Assembly (NCBI GenBank): GCA_028693085.1
Contig: JAQUWC010000002.1
Coordinates: 6,420-70,419, forward strand
From: Bacteroidales bacterium
GTDB lineage: Bacteria > Bacteroidota > Bacteroidia > Bacteroidales > WCHB1-69
DNA: 64,000 nucleotides
Reading direction: 5' to 3'
In this document: positions 26,262 to 35,502 of the stretch, one piece after another
How positions within the stretch are numbered: the stretch's first letter is position 1
Layout of the letters: every line of letters begins with the position of its first letter
The notes under the pieces: model-generated
Told to the model about the DNA's origin: nothing
The model's database searches: none
Seen by the model: the letters and a program-made list of their open reading frames with translations, nothing else
Position numbers and translations under genes: made by a program

Positions 26262-27779
26262 ATGGCTCTAACCTTAGAGAACATCCTTTTACTTGGCTCT
26301 ATATTATTATTTATAAGTTTATTAGCAGGTAAAACAGGATACAAATTAGGAGTCCCTACTTTGTTGCTATTCCTTTTGTTGGGCATGATTACCGGTACAG
26401 ATGGATTAGGAATAGAAGTAAACAATCCAAATTCAGCATTAGCGATAGGGACGGTTGCCTTGTGCAGCATTTTGTTTTCCGGTGGAATGGACACTCACTT
26501 AAACGACATCAAACCCATAGCCGCACAAGGAGTGGTTTTGGCCACCTTAGGAGTTTTGTTGACAGCTTTTTTTGTCGGAGGATTCATATATATTATTAGC
26601 AACTATTTTTCTATAGGCATTCATTTCACTTTTCTAGAGTCTATGCTCCTGGCATCGATTATGTCATCGACCGATTCAGCTTCGGTATTTTCCATACTAA
26701 GGGCTAAAAGCTTACGATTAAAACATAATTTAAAACCTACCTTAGAATTGGAAAGTGGAAGTAACGATCCCATGGCCTTCATGCTTACTATTGTTTTCAT
26801 TCAACTTATTCAAAGCCCTTTAGCACATAGTATAGGTCATGCCGTACTAGACTTTTTTATGCAAATGTCTATCGGTGCCTTGGGAGGATATGCTTTGGGC
26901 AAAATCTCCATATGGATTATCAATAGAATTGAACTCTTCAACGATTCTTTGTATTTGGTATTTATCGTTGCATGTGCCTTCTTCATTTATTCATTTATAA
27001 ATTTCATACATGGAAATGGATTTTTAGCGGTATATGTCGGTGGATTGATTATTGGAAATCATAAATTCGTACACAAAAAATCTATTATTAAATTCTTCGA
27101 CGGCTTAACATGGTTAGCCCAAATCGTTTTGTTTTTGACCTTAGGATTATTGGTGAATCCCACTGAATTATTAAATCCGGAGGTATTTATCACCGGTCTG
27201 TTGGTAGGATTCTTCATGATTATTTTTGGCCGACCTTTATCTGTCTTGATATCCTTATTGCCCTTTCGGAAAATCCCATTCAATGCACGCATGTATATTT
27301 CTTGGGTAGGATTAAGAGGAGCCGTTCCCATCGTATTTGCCATGTACCCTTGGATTGCAGGCTTAGAGAATGCAAAATTAATTTTCAATATTGTCTTTTT
27401 TATCACCATCATATCTTTAATCGTACAAGGAACAAGCGTGCCTTCTATGGCAAAAGTACTCCGAATTTTCGATCGCACAAAAGTGCCTAAACCCATTGAT
27501 TTCCTCGATACAGACTTCTCTGATGCCACCAAATCCAGTTCTTGCGAAATTATTATTGATGAAAATGTATTGAAATTAGGTCATCGCATCATGGATATAC
27601 CCTTCCCCGAAAAAACACTGGTAGTGATGCTTAAACGTGGAGAACATTATTTTATCCCTAACGGGAAAACAGAACTACATAAAGACGACAAACTTCTCAT
27701 CATCACCGACGATAGAGATGCTGTATTAGAAACTTATCGACAGATAGGATTACAAAATGAGATTCCTCCTTTAGATTAA
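26262..27779 (+). CDS. K+/H+ (cation/proton) antiporter, CPA1 NhaP2/CvrA type with a C-terminal TrkA-C domain
   Basis: Polytopic N-terminus with SSTDSASVFSIL and ELESGSNDPMA motifs. The soluble C-terminal part (VVMLKRGEHYFIPNGKTELHKDDKLLII) is RCK_C-like. Confidence 0.85.
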   Translation: MALTLENILLLGSILLFISLLAGKTGYKLGVPTLLLFLLLGMITGTDGLGIEVNNPNSALAIGTVALCSILFSGGMDTHLNDIKPIAAQGVVLATLGVLLTAFFVGGFIYIISNYFSIGIHFTFLESMLLASIMSSTDSASVFSILRAKSLRLKHNLKPTLELESGSNDPMAFMLTIVFIQLIQSPLAHSIGHAVLDFFMQMSIGALGGYALGKISIWIINRIELFNDSLYLVFIVACAFFIYSFINFIHGNGFLAVYVGGLIIGNHKFVHKKSIIKFFDGLTWLAQIVLFLTLGLLVNPTELLNPEVFITGLLVGFFMIIFGRPLSVLISLLPFRKIPFNARMYISWVGLRGAVPIVFAMYPWIAGLENAKLIFNIVFFITIISLIVQGTSVPSMAKVLRIFDRTKVPKPIDFLDTDFSDATKSSSCEIIIDENVLKLGHRIMDIPFPEKTLVVMLKRGEHYFIPNGKTELHKDDKLLIITDDRDAVLETYRQIGLQNEIPPLD

Positions 27780-27801
27780 GGTTTTGATTAATAAGCTTTT
27801 T

Positions 27802-30800
27802 ATGGCTAAATCAACTGTTTATAATATCCTCTTAATCCTTTTGGTATTAACCGGATTTATGAATATACATTCTACAAAAGCTCAATCACTTTCTAATCAA
27901 GGCGTGAAACACATCGTTTTTGAATCGGATACTTTATACATAGATTCTTTGTCAATTGTACCCGGCAGCTTCCAAATAATGGAATTAGATACAAATGACT
28001 ATGTGTTATATGAATCGAAAGCTTTATTGATTTTAAAAAATAAATCTTACATCGGCAAACCTCTCCTGATAACCTACCGGCGACTGCCCTATCGTATTCA
28101 TAAAACATTTGTGCATAAGGATACAAGCATGATTGAGGCTGATTTATATGATCCGGTAAATCCATTTATGGTAAACGAGATAGGCAATGACCCGTTATTA
28201 CAATTTTCGGATGCTTCTCTGCAAAGTTCAGGTAGTTTATCCCGAGGCATTTCGATAGGAAATAATCAAGACATGGGCATACAATCCAATTTAAACTTGC
28301 AATTAGCCGGCAAGCTTTCTGAAGAAGTAGAAATTCTAGCTAACATCACCGACCAAAACATCCCTTTTCAACCGGAAGGAAATACGCGACAGATTCAGGA
28401 ATTCGATAAAATTTTTATCCAACTTAACTACAAAGATCGCCTTACTTTGTGGGCCGGCGACATTGAAGACAAATCAAAAGGAAGCTATTTTATGCGTTTT
28501 ACTAAAAAAGGACAAGGCTTAATGGGCGACGTCTTTGCCACATCTGAAACAAAAAAGAAAGATACCCTATCCTATCACGTACACTTCAGCGGGGCCGTGG
28601 CTAAAGGAAACTTTCGCAGACAGTCTCTGCTTGCCATTGAAGGGAATCAAGGCCCCTATCAACTCTATGGAGAAAATCAAGAGAGTTTTATTATTATCCT
28701 TTCCGGTTCGGAACGTATATATATTGATGGCAAATTGTTAACACGGGGACAAGATGCCGATTATGTCATTAATTATAATTCGGGAGAAATCACCTTTACA
28801 GCTAAACAACCCATCACCAAAGACAAACGTATCGTAGCCGAATTCGAATACTCCGACCAAAACTATATACGCACTTTATCACATATAGGGACTGAAATCA
28901 ATCATGAAAAGTGGAATGCTTATTTTCACTTTTACAATGAACAAGATATGAAATACCAATCTAATCAATTAGACTTAAATAACGAGAACATCACCTTTTT
29001 AAAACAAATAGGCAATCAGATTAACAATGCCTATTATCCGTATATGGACAGCGTGGGATTTCAAGCTCATGAGGTAATGTATAAACAAGTCGATACCTTG
29101 ATTAATGGCATATTATACGATTCTGTATACGTTTATTCCACCCATCCCGACAGTGCGGTGTATCGTTTAAAATTTACCTTGGTCGGCGAAGGCAAAGGAA
29201 ATTATGTTCTCACCCAATCTTCTGTAAACGGTAGGGTTTATGCTTGGGTAGCACCGATAAACAACCAAGCACAAGGAAATTATGAACCAATTATCTTGTT
29301 AATTACACCCAAACGTACACAAATGTATAATGCCGGTTTTAATTATACTTTCGCTAAAAACACTTCCATACATTTCGAAACAGCCCTCTCTAATAACGAC
29401 CTTAACACCTTTTCACACATAGGCAATACACAAAACATAGGCTTGGGAATGCGTTTGGCTTTAAAAAACACTCTTTTATTTCCTGCTAAAAATAAACTCT
29501 TACCCATAGAAAAAAGATGGAAACTCCACTCTTCCTTATATTATGAAACCAAAAACAAATGGTTCGATTATATTGAAAACTACCGTGATGTAGAATTTGT
29601 CCGTAATTTCAATCTGGCAGATTCCATGCTGCATGCCACGGAACATTATTGCGGTATCAATTTTACTTTTTCACAGCTCAAAACAGGACATATCGGATGG
29701 ACAAGCAATGTGTTTTTTATCCCGGAATACAAATGGCACGCCATTCAAAACCAACTTATCAGCAATTTAAGGCTAAAAGCTTATATCCTACAGATTGATG
29801 CCTCACTCTTACATACAACATCACTGAACGATAAATCGGTGTTCTTGAAGCATCGAGAAGTCGTTAGCCGTAGGTTCCCCTATTTCGAAATCGGGTTACA
29901 GGAACAAATGGAATACAATCAATTCACTCATCAGGATACAATCTCGGCTATGAGTCACGCATTTAATGAAATCGCATTGTTTATAAAGCAAAACGATAGT
30001 CTAAGCCGCAACTTTAAATATATATTGCAGTACAGCAACCGTATAGACCATGCTGTCATCAACGAGCACTTCGGGGTTTCGGCCATAGCCAATCATCTAA
30101 CAGCAGGCATAGACTTTTTGAAATATGCCAACCATCCCTTGCGTTTTACTTTATCATATAGAAATTTACACTATAAAGACAGCTTAGCCGTCACACAAGC
30201 ACCCGAAAATACTTTGCTGGCAAACGTGGATTATCAAGGTCAATTCTTGAATGGAGCCCTGGTTTTGGGGGTGTTCTATGAATTAGGCTCGGGCATGGAA
30301 CAGAAAAATGCTTACACCTATATTAAAGTTGCCAATCAACAGGGCAGATATCAATGGATAGATTACAACGGGAACGGTATAGAAGAATTAGATGAATTTG
30401 AAATAGCTATTTACAAAGATCAAGCAAATTATGTACGCATATGGCTAATTTCCAACGAATATATCAAAACATATACAAATAAACTCACTCAAAACCTGCA
30501 TCTCCGTCCGGCAGCCATTTGGTATAATAAAAAAGGATTTAAAAAATTTATGTCTCGTTTTTCCAACCAAACAACCTATCAAACCCAGTTAAAACAAACT
30601 GCTTCTGATTTTATTTCAACCATGAATCCTTTTTATTCGAATTTGAACGATACTTCCTTGGTATCTACCATGATGCATTTCAGAAATGCTTTTTCATTCA
30701 ATCAGAGCGATGCCATATGGGGCTTAGACCTTATTTATACCCAAAGCAAAAATAAAATATTAAGTGTTAACGGATTCGAATCTGCAGAGGGTAAAGAATG

Positions 30801-31308
30801 GCAATTTTCCGGACGTTGGCGAATCATCCCTGATGTTACCTTAAAACTCACCTATTACCATGCCCTGAATGGGAAAAACACCGTATACTTCGCACTTAAA
30901 AATTACCGTATATTGAGCAATACATTGGAACCCATCCTAAGCTATCAATATAACAATCGCTTAACGACTAGTATTACCTATGCATATATACAAAAAATAA
31001 ACACCTTAGGTGTTGAACGAAGTTTTACGCATAAACTGTCAACCGAAGTCAATTATCGCATGCCCAAACGAGGCTCTTTCCTCACACAACTCAGCTATTA
31101 TCACATCCGATATAAAGGAGAAACTTCCGCTCCGGCTGCTTTTGAAATGCTCCAAACATTACAAAACGGACACAATGGAGTGTGTAACATCACCTATCAA
31201 ACCACTTTACTTAAAAACTTGCAGTTAAATGTTATGTATGAAGGAAGAATCTCATCAAACCTTCCGATGATACATAGCGGAAGCCTCGAAATAAGAGCCT
31301 ATTTTTAA
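27802..31308 (+). CDS. Very large (1168 aa) uncharacterised secreted protein, probably an outer-membrane beta-barrel
   Basis: Signal peptide from the ATG at 27802 (MAKSTVYNILLILLVLTGFMNIHSTKAQ). The C-terminal two-thirds are rich in alternating aromatic strands and end in the terminal aromatic signature LEIRAYF. I recognise no family. Confidence 0.5.
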   Translation: MAKSTVYNILLILLVLTGFMNIHSTKAQSLSNQGVKHIVFESDTLYIDSLSIVPGSFQIMELDTNDYVLYESKALLILKNKSYIGKPLLITYRRLPYRIHKTFVHKDTSMIEADLYDPVNPFMVNEIGNDPLLQFSDASLQSSGSLSRGISIGNNQDMGIQSNLNLQLAGKLSEEVEILANITDQNIPFQPEGNTRQIQEFDKIFIQLNYKDRLTLWAGDIEDKSKGSYFMRFTKKGQGLMGDVFATSETKKKDTLSYHVHFSGAVAKGNFRRQSLLAIEGNQGPYQLYGENQESFIIILSGSERIYIDGKLLTRGQDADYVINYNSGEITFTAKQPITKDKRIVAEFEYSDQNYIRTLSHIGTEINHEKWNAYFHFYNEQDMKYQSNQLDLNNENITFLKQIGNQINNAYYPYMDSVGFQAHEVMYKQVDTLINGILYDSVYVYSTHPDSAVYRLKFTLVGEGKGNYVLTQSSVNGRVYAWVAPINNQAQGNYEPIILLITPKRTQMYNAGFNYTFAKNTSIHFETALSNNDLNTFSHIGNTQNIGLGMRLALKNTLLFPAKNKLLPIEKRWKLHSSLYYETKNKWFDYIENYRDVEFVRNFNLADSMLHATEHYCGINFTFSQLKTGHIGWTSNVFFIPEYKWHAIQNQLISNLRLKAYILQIDASLLHTTSLNDKSVFLKHREVVSRRFPYFEIGLQEQMEYNQFTHQDTISAMSHAFNEIALFIKQNDSLSRNFKYILQYSNRIDHAVINEHFGVSAIANHLTAGIDFLKYANHPLRFTLSYRNLHYKDSLAVTQAPENTLLANVDYQGQFLNGALVLGVFYELGSGMEQKNAYTYIKVANQQGRYQWIDYNGNGIEELDEFEIAIYKDQANYVRIWLISNEYIKTYTNKLTQNLHLRPAAIWYNKKGFKKFMSRFSNQTTYQTQLKQTASDFISTMNPFYSNLNDTSLVSTMMHFRNAFSFNQSDAIWGLDLIYTQSKNKILSVNGFESAEGKEWQFSGRWRIIPDVTLKLTYYHALNGKNTVYFALKNYRILSNTLEPILSYQYNNRLTTSITYAYIQKINTLGVERSFTHKLSTEVNYRMPKRGSFLTQLSYYHIRYKGETSAPAAFEMLQTLQNGHNGVCNITYQTTLLKNLQLNVMYEGRISSNLPMIHSGSLEIRAYF

Positions 31309-31378
31309 ACCCAGTTTAATCATCTCCGAAAATTTTCAACTACGACTCGAACATAAAAATTCGATTCCGATTTGGATT

Positions 31379-32149
31379 ACTGACTTCTTTAAGGTATTTC
31401 TATATTTTGTTAATGCAAATACGGGTTATGCAGCCGGATTTGATGTAGACAATGATGCTGTTTTAATGAAAACTACCGATGGGGGTGAAAATTGGGTATC
31501 GAAAACATCAGGAATCGGTGGTTATCTTAATTCCGTGTATTTTCTGAACGCTGATACTGGTTATGTCGTTGGATTTAATGATTTTAATTCTTCAGGCATT
31601 ATTTATAAAACTGTTAACGGGGGAAATAATTGGACATTACAAAAAAGTATGGAAGAAACATACTTATGGGATGTGAAATTTCCCGAGACGAACATAGGAT
31701 ATGCGGTCGGTTCCAATGAAAACGGCAACGGATTAATATTAAAGACGATAGATGGTGGACTTAATTGGGTTCAACAAAATTGTGAAAGTGATGAGGAACT
31801 CTTATCCGTTTGTTTTGTTAATAAAAACATAGGTTATACGGTAGGTTATGAATCGAAGGTTTTTAAAACCACCAACGGTGGGGGAGCTCCTGATAACATC
31901 CAATCCCATATGGAAGAAGCCATAAATATATATCCCAATCCTGCAAGTAATCAATTAACGATAGAAAATACAAACTCTCTGATTCGAAGCATCCGACTCT
32001 ACGACCTCTCTGGAAAAACCATACAAAAGGTATCGAATATTAACCAATATCAAATTACCATTCCCTTATCCGAAGTTCAGCAAGGACTTTACTTCATCAG
32101 TGTTACTTGCGATGAAGGTGTTTTAACAAAGAAGGTGATTGTTCGATAA
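31379..32149 (+). pseudogene. 5'-truncated gene for a T9SS cargo protein with Ycf48/BNR-like beta-propeller repeats and a Por_Secre_tail C-terminal domain
   Basis: Repeat units x-GY-x-xG-(10-14 aa)-KT-x-(D/N)GG-x-NW occur at least four times. The same frame upstream of the annotated ATG (31466) reads ...VFLYFVNANTGYAAGFDVDNDAVL|MKTTDGGENW, which is another partial repeat with no start codon and no signal peptide. The C-terminus IYPNPASNQLTI...GLYFISV...KKVIVR is a typical T9SS CTD. Confidence 0.6.
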
Positions 32150-32154
32150 AACAT

Positions 32155-33057
32155 TTAAGTTTTCATTCTCAATTTCAATGCCGAAAAAATGGTGTCGGGA
32201 TTGAGATGAAATACACTGGCCATTTCACCGGCCATGCAATAACCGCAGTATTCACAGATATTCAAAGCCTCGAGCGGACAGCCTTCCACACGAGTCTTGT
32301 CGGGAAGTATAAAATTCGTTATCCAGCAGTATTTCTTAAATATATTGGTTTTCATCTTCTTTAATCCAGAAACGGAATTCATAACGGGATATCCGGCTTT
32401 CTTCATACCTATGATAAGGTCGATTACTTCCTTTCGTTTGTTCCAATCTAAAAACAAAGGGTCGGGTGCTAAGGAAGAAGGGGTATAAAAATTCAAGGAG
32501 ATGGAATGTATATGTGGATTTTCTTTGGTAAAACGAATGGTTTCTTCTACAGAATTATAATTCTTGCTATTAATAACCATATTTACACTTAAAGCTTTCT
32601 GTTTGCTTTCAGCTATATTTTTACACAAACGCTCGAAAACTCCTTTTCCGCGTATTTCATCGTGATAGGCTCCCAAACCGTCGAGGCTTACCCATATGGA
32701 ATCGGCTTTCAGGTGGGTAAAGGTAAATTGTGCGTTGGTGGTAACGGTAGTAGAAAAGAAACCGATTTCTTTTGCCAAATCTATTAAATCGTTGATATTG
32801 TATTGGCCGTCATTCCACATCATGGGTTCACCCCCCTCAAAATCAACGAAACGAGAACCTAAACGGTGGGAATACCTTAATTCATCTTCGATTTCTTTAT
32901 AGGTTTTCCGCCGGGGTTGGGCATGATTGTATACCGCACAATGTTTACAGGATAAATTACATTCGTCGGTAATAAAAAGAACGGTCTGCAAAGGACGTTT
33001 TCTTCCGAAAAACCTCGCTTTTATATACCAAAATCCCAAATAAATCAATTGTTTCAT
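32155..33057 (-). CDS. Radical SAM enzyme with a Cys-rich C-terminal auxiliary-cluster region; substrate unknown
   Basis: CNLSCKHC (CxxxCxxC) at residues 33-40, an FEGGEP glycine-rich SAM motif, and six C-terminal cysteines (CWITN...GCPLEALNICEYCGYC). Confidence 0.8.
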   Translation of the reverse strand: MKQLIYLGFWYIKARFFGRKRPLQTVLFITDECNLSCKHCAVYNHAQPRRKTYKEIEDELRYSHRLGSRFVDFEGGEPMMWNDGQYNINDLIDLAKEIGFFSTTVTTNAQFTFTHLKADSIWVSLDGLGAYHDEIRGKGVFERLCKNIAESKQKALSVNMVINSKNYNSVEETIRFTKENPHIHSISLNFYTPSSLAPDPLFLDWNKRKEVIDLIIGMKKAGYPVMNSVSGLKKMKTNIFKKYCWITNFILPDKTRVEGCPLEALNICEYCGYCMAGEMASVFHLNPDTIFSALKLRMKT

Positions 33058-33150
33058 CTTATAAATATATATGTTGCAAAGGTAGTAAATAAATAAAACA
33101 TAGCAGGTGTAAAACGAAAACGATTCAATATGTAGATATCAAATTTTGTG

Positions 33151-33158
33151 TAAATTTG
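33151..33158 (+). promoter_or_regulatory. -7 promoter box (TAAATTTG) for comEC
   Basis: TAnnTTTG match 41 nt upstream of the ATG at 33199, embedded in an imperfect inverted repeat AATTTTGTG...CACAAATTT. Confidence 0.4.
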
Positions 33159-33198
33159 CACAAATTTATTTGAAATTATGAATTAAAACGAACGCACT

Positions 33199-35301
33199 AT
33201 GTTTTCGTGGAGTAAATATCCCTTTTTAAGGATATTTAGTATGTATGTTTGTGGTATTCTACTTGCTTTTACGTTTTGTAGAACACTCACGATTCCCCCA
33301 TTTGCCGGTATCATTATTAGCCTGAGTGGTTTATGTTTACTGTTATTGTTTCATACTAAAACATCCTATAAACATCGATTTCGTTACGGGTTCCTTCTTT
33401 ACATACTTATGGTTTGGATGGGATATCATAATACGCAAACGTGTATCCATCATTGCCTTCCGCCTTCCTCTTTCGGGGAAACTACACACAAAGTGGCCAT
33501 CCTAACCCAAGTAAAAGAAATCCCGTTCTTAAAAGAAAATTCGATTAAATTATGCCTGAATGTTGAACATTATAACATTGATACAACATGGCATCTTGCT
33601 AACTTTTCAATGATTATATATGTACAGCGCGACGAAGATGCTGAAAATCTGCAGTATGGCGACCGCGTGCTCTTTTACGTAGATCCAAACTTTATTCATT
33701 CGCCTAAAAATCCGGAAGAGTTTAACTATAAGCGCTATTTAGCCACTAAAAATATATATTTACATGCCTATGCTTCGAAAAATGATTGGCAACTCCTCAG
33801 TCGTAAACACGGCAATCGATTAAAATATCACGCAGCACAACTTCAAAAAAAAATGTTACACATACTGGATAGCAGCCTTCTTCAACACGATGAAAAGGCA
33901 ATCATTGCAGCTATTTTACTAGGAGCTGACGATAAAATGGATGCCGAACTAATACAATCTTTTACAACTGCAGGACTGAATCATGTGTTATGTGTATCGG
34001 GTTTACATGTCGGTATAATCTATATGATATTTAACTATCTGCTATTTTTTTTACGTAAAAACAGAGGACAAAAGACTGTTAAAGCTTGCCTAATCTTAGG
34101 TATAATTTGGTTTTATGCTTGTCTGACAGGTTTATCTCCATCTGTGATTAGATCAGCAAGTATGTTTAGTTTTTTTACATTCGCTCAAATTATTCAAAGA
34201 AAAGCAAATACATACAACAGTTTATTATCATCACTCGTACTCCTTACCTTAGGCAATCCTTTGGTTATTTTTGATATGGGCTTGCAATTATCTTATTTAG
34301 CGGTGTTTGGCATACTCTATCTACACAGTACAATCAGCACAATTTTGCCAATAAAAAACAAAGTTCTAAGCTATTTTTGGAATATAATTGGCGTATCCAT
34401 AGCCGCTCAACTGTTTACATTTCCCCTATCGATATATTATTTTCATCAATTTCCTACTTATTTCCTATTAGCTAATCCGTCCATTATTTGTATTATCCCG
34501 ATTCTCATTGGAATGAGTATACTATTGTCGGTATTTTCTTTCTGGCCGTGGGCCTATGATGGGTTGGCAAAACTGTTACATATATTGCTTTCTTATATGA
34601 ATACTTTGATTCATACGATAGAATTATTTCCTTTTGCGAGTTTGCAAATATATCTATCCTTTGGGCAAATGCTTTGTTTATACCTAATAATTATTGTCTT
34701 TTTATCCGGTATATGGTATAAAAATAAAACAGCATTAGGCATAGTTTTAAGCGGATTGATAGTCTTTTCTACCGTGGACCTTATACAATATACTATTAAT
34801 CTACGTCATAAAGAAATTATTTTTTACTCTCTCCCTGAAGGGATACTTATCGACTGTATAGACGGACAACATTGCTACGTAATGGGTGATAGTTTGGCCT
34901 TGACACATAAAAAAAACATGAATTATCATGTACAAAACCATCGCATCAAACATCGTATTAAAAGTTACACCCCTATAAACTCCCATACTGAAAGTAAGAT
35001 TTATTGGAAATTCAACAACTTTATCTCCTTTGGAGGAAAAAATATCTTAATTATTAATGATAAAATCTATCAAATAAATTACGATAGTACTTCTCTAAAG
35101 ATCAACTATCTACTTATTGATGATAATCCGTCTATACAAATAAAAAAGTTATCAAGCTATATTAACCCTGAATGCATTATCTTTAGCCCTCGTAATTCGG
35201 CTTATCGCATACAAGCTTGGGAAAAAGAATGCATGGCACTGCATCAAGCGTTTCATTCCTTACAACAAGGAGCATTAAAAATCCCTCTTGAGCAGCCATA
35301 A
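33199..35301 (+). CDS. comEC: ComEC/Rec2 family DNA-internalisation channel protein
   Basis: N-terminal DUF4131-like region, then a competence domain with TTAGLNHVLCVSGLHVGII and GLSPSVIRSASMF. The C-terminal ~160 aa is soluble and lacks an HxHxDH motif. Confidence 0.85.
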   Translation: MFSWSKYPFLRIFSMYVCGILLAFTFCRTLTIPPFAGIIISLSGLCLLLLFHTKTSYKHRFRYGFLLYILMVWMGYHNTQTCIHHCLPPSSFGETTHKVAILTQVKEIPFLKENSIKLCLNVEHYNIDTTWHLANFSMIIYVQRDEDAENLQYGDRVLFYVDPNFIHSPKNPEEFNYKRYLATKNIYLHAYASKNDWQLLSRKHGNRLKYHAAQLQKKMLHILDSSLLQHDEKAIIAAILLGADDKMDAELIQSFTTAGLNHVLCVSGLHVGIIYMIFNYLLFFLRKNRGQKTVKACLILGIIWFYACLTGLSPSVIRSASMFSFFTFAQIIQRKANTYNSLLSSLVLLTLGNPLVIFDMGLQLSYLAVFGILYLHSTISTILPIKNKVLSYFWNIIGVSIAAQLFTFPLSIYYFHQFPTYFLLANPSIICIIPILIGMSILLSVFSFWPWAYDGLAKLLHILLSYMNTLIHTIELFPFASLQIYLSFGQMLCLYLIIIVFLSGIWYKNKTALGIVLSGLIVFSTVDLIQYTINLRHKEIIFYSLPEGILIDCIDGQHCYVMGDSLALTHKKNMNYHVQNHRIKHRIKSYTPINSHTESKIYWKFNNFISFGGKNILIINDKIYQINYDSTSLKINYLLIDDNPSIQIKKLSSYINPECIIFSPRNSAYRIQAWEKECMALHQAFHSLQQGALKIPLEQP

Positions 35302-35330
35302 AAAAAGGAACCATTCTTTCGAATGATTCC
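35301..35330 (-). terminator. Rho-independent terminator-like hairpin (reads GGAATCATTC-GAAA-GAATGGTTCC-TTTTTT on the minus strand)
   Basis: 10-bp stem with one mismatch and a 4-nt loop, followed on the minus strand by a T6 run. It lies between the convergent comEC and EEP genes and could also stop comEC transcripts, but with no T-tract on the plus strand. Confidence 0.5.
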
Positions 35331-35502
35331 CAAACAAACAAATTATACAAACCTAATTTTTATGAGTCTTTATTTTCTCTATATATATTTACAATAACCT
35401 TGCCAAACAAAGCTTTTTTCAAAAACAACTTTTAATTATTCAATCGTCATAATCTGCACTATTCAAATTGTTTAAAAAATATTTTAATTATTTTTAAGTT
35501 TA

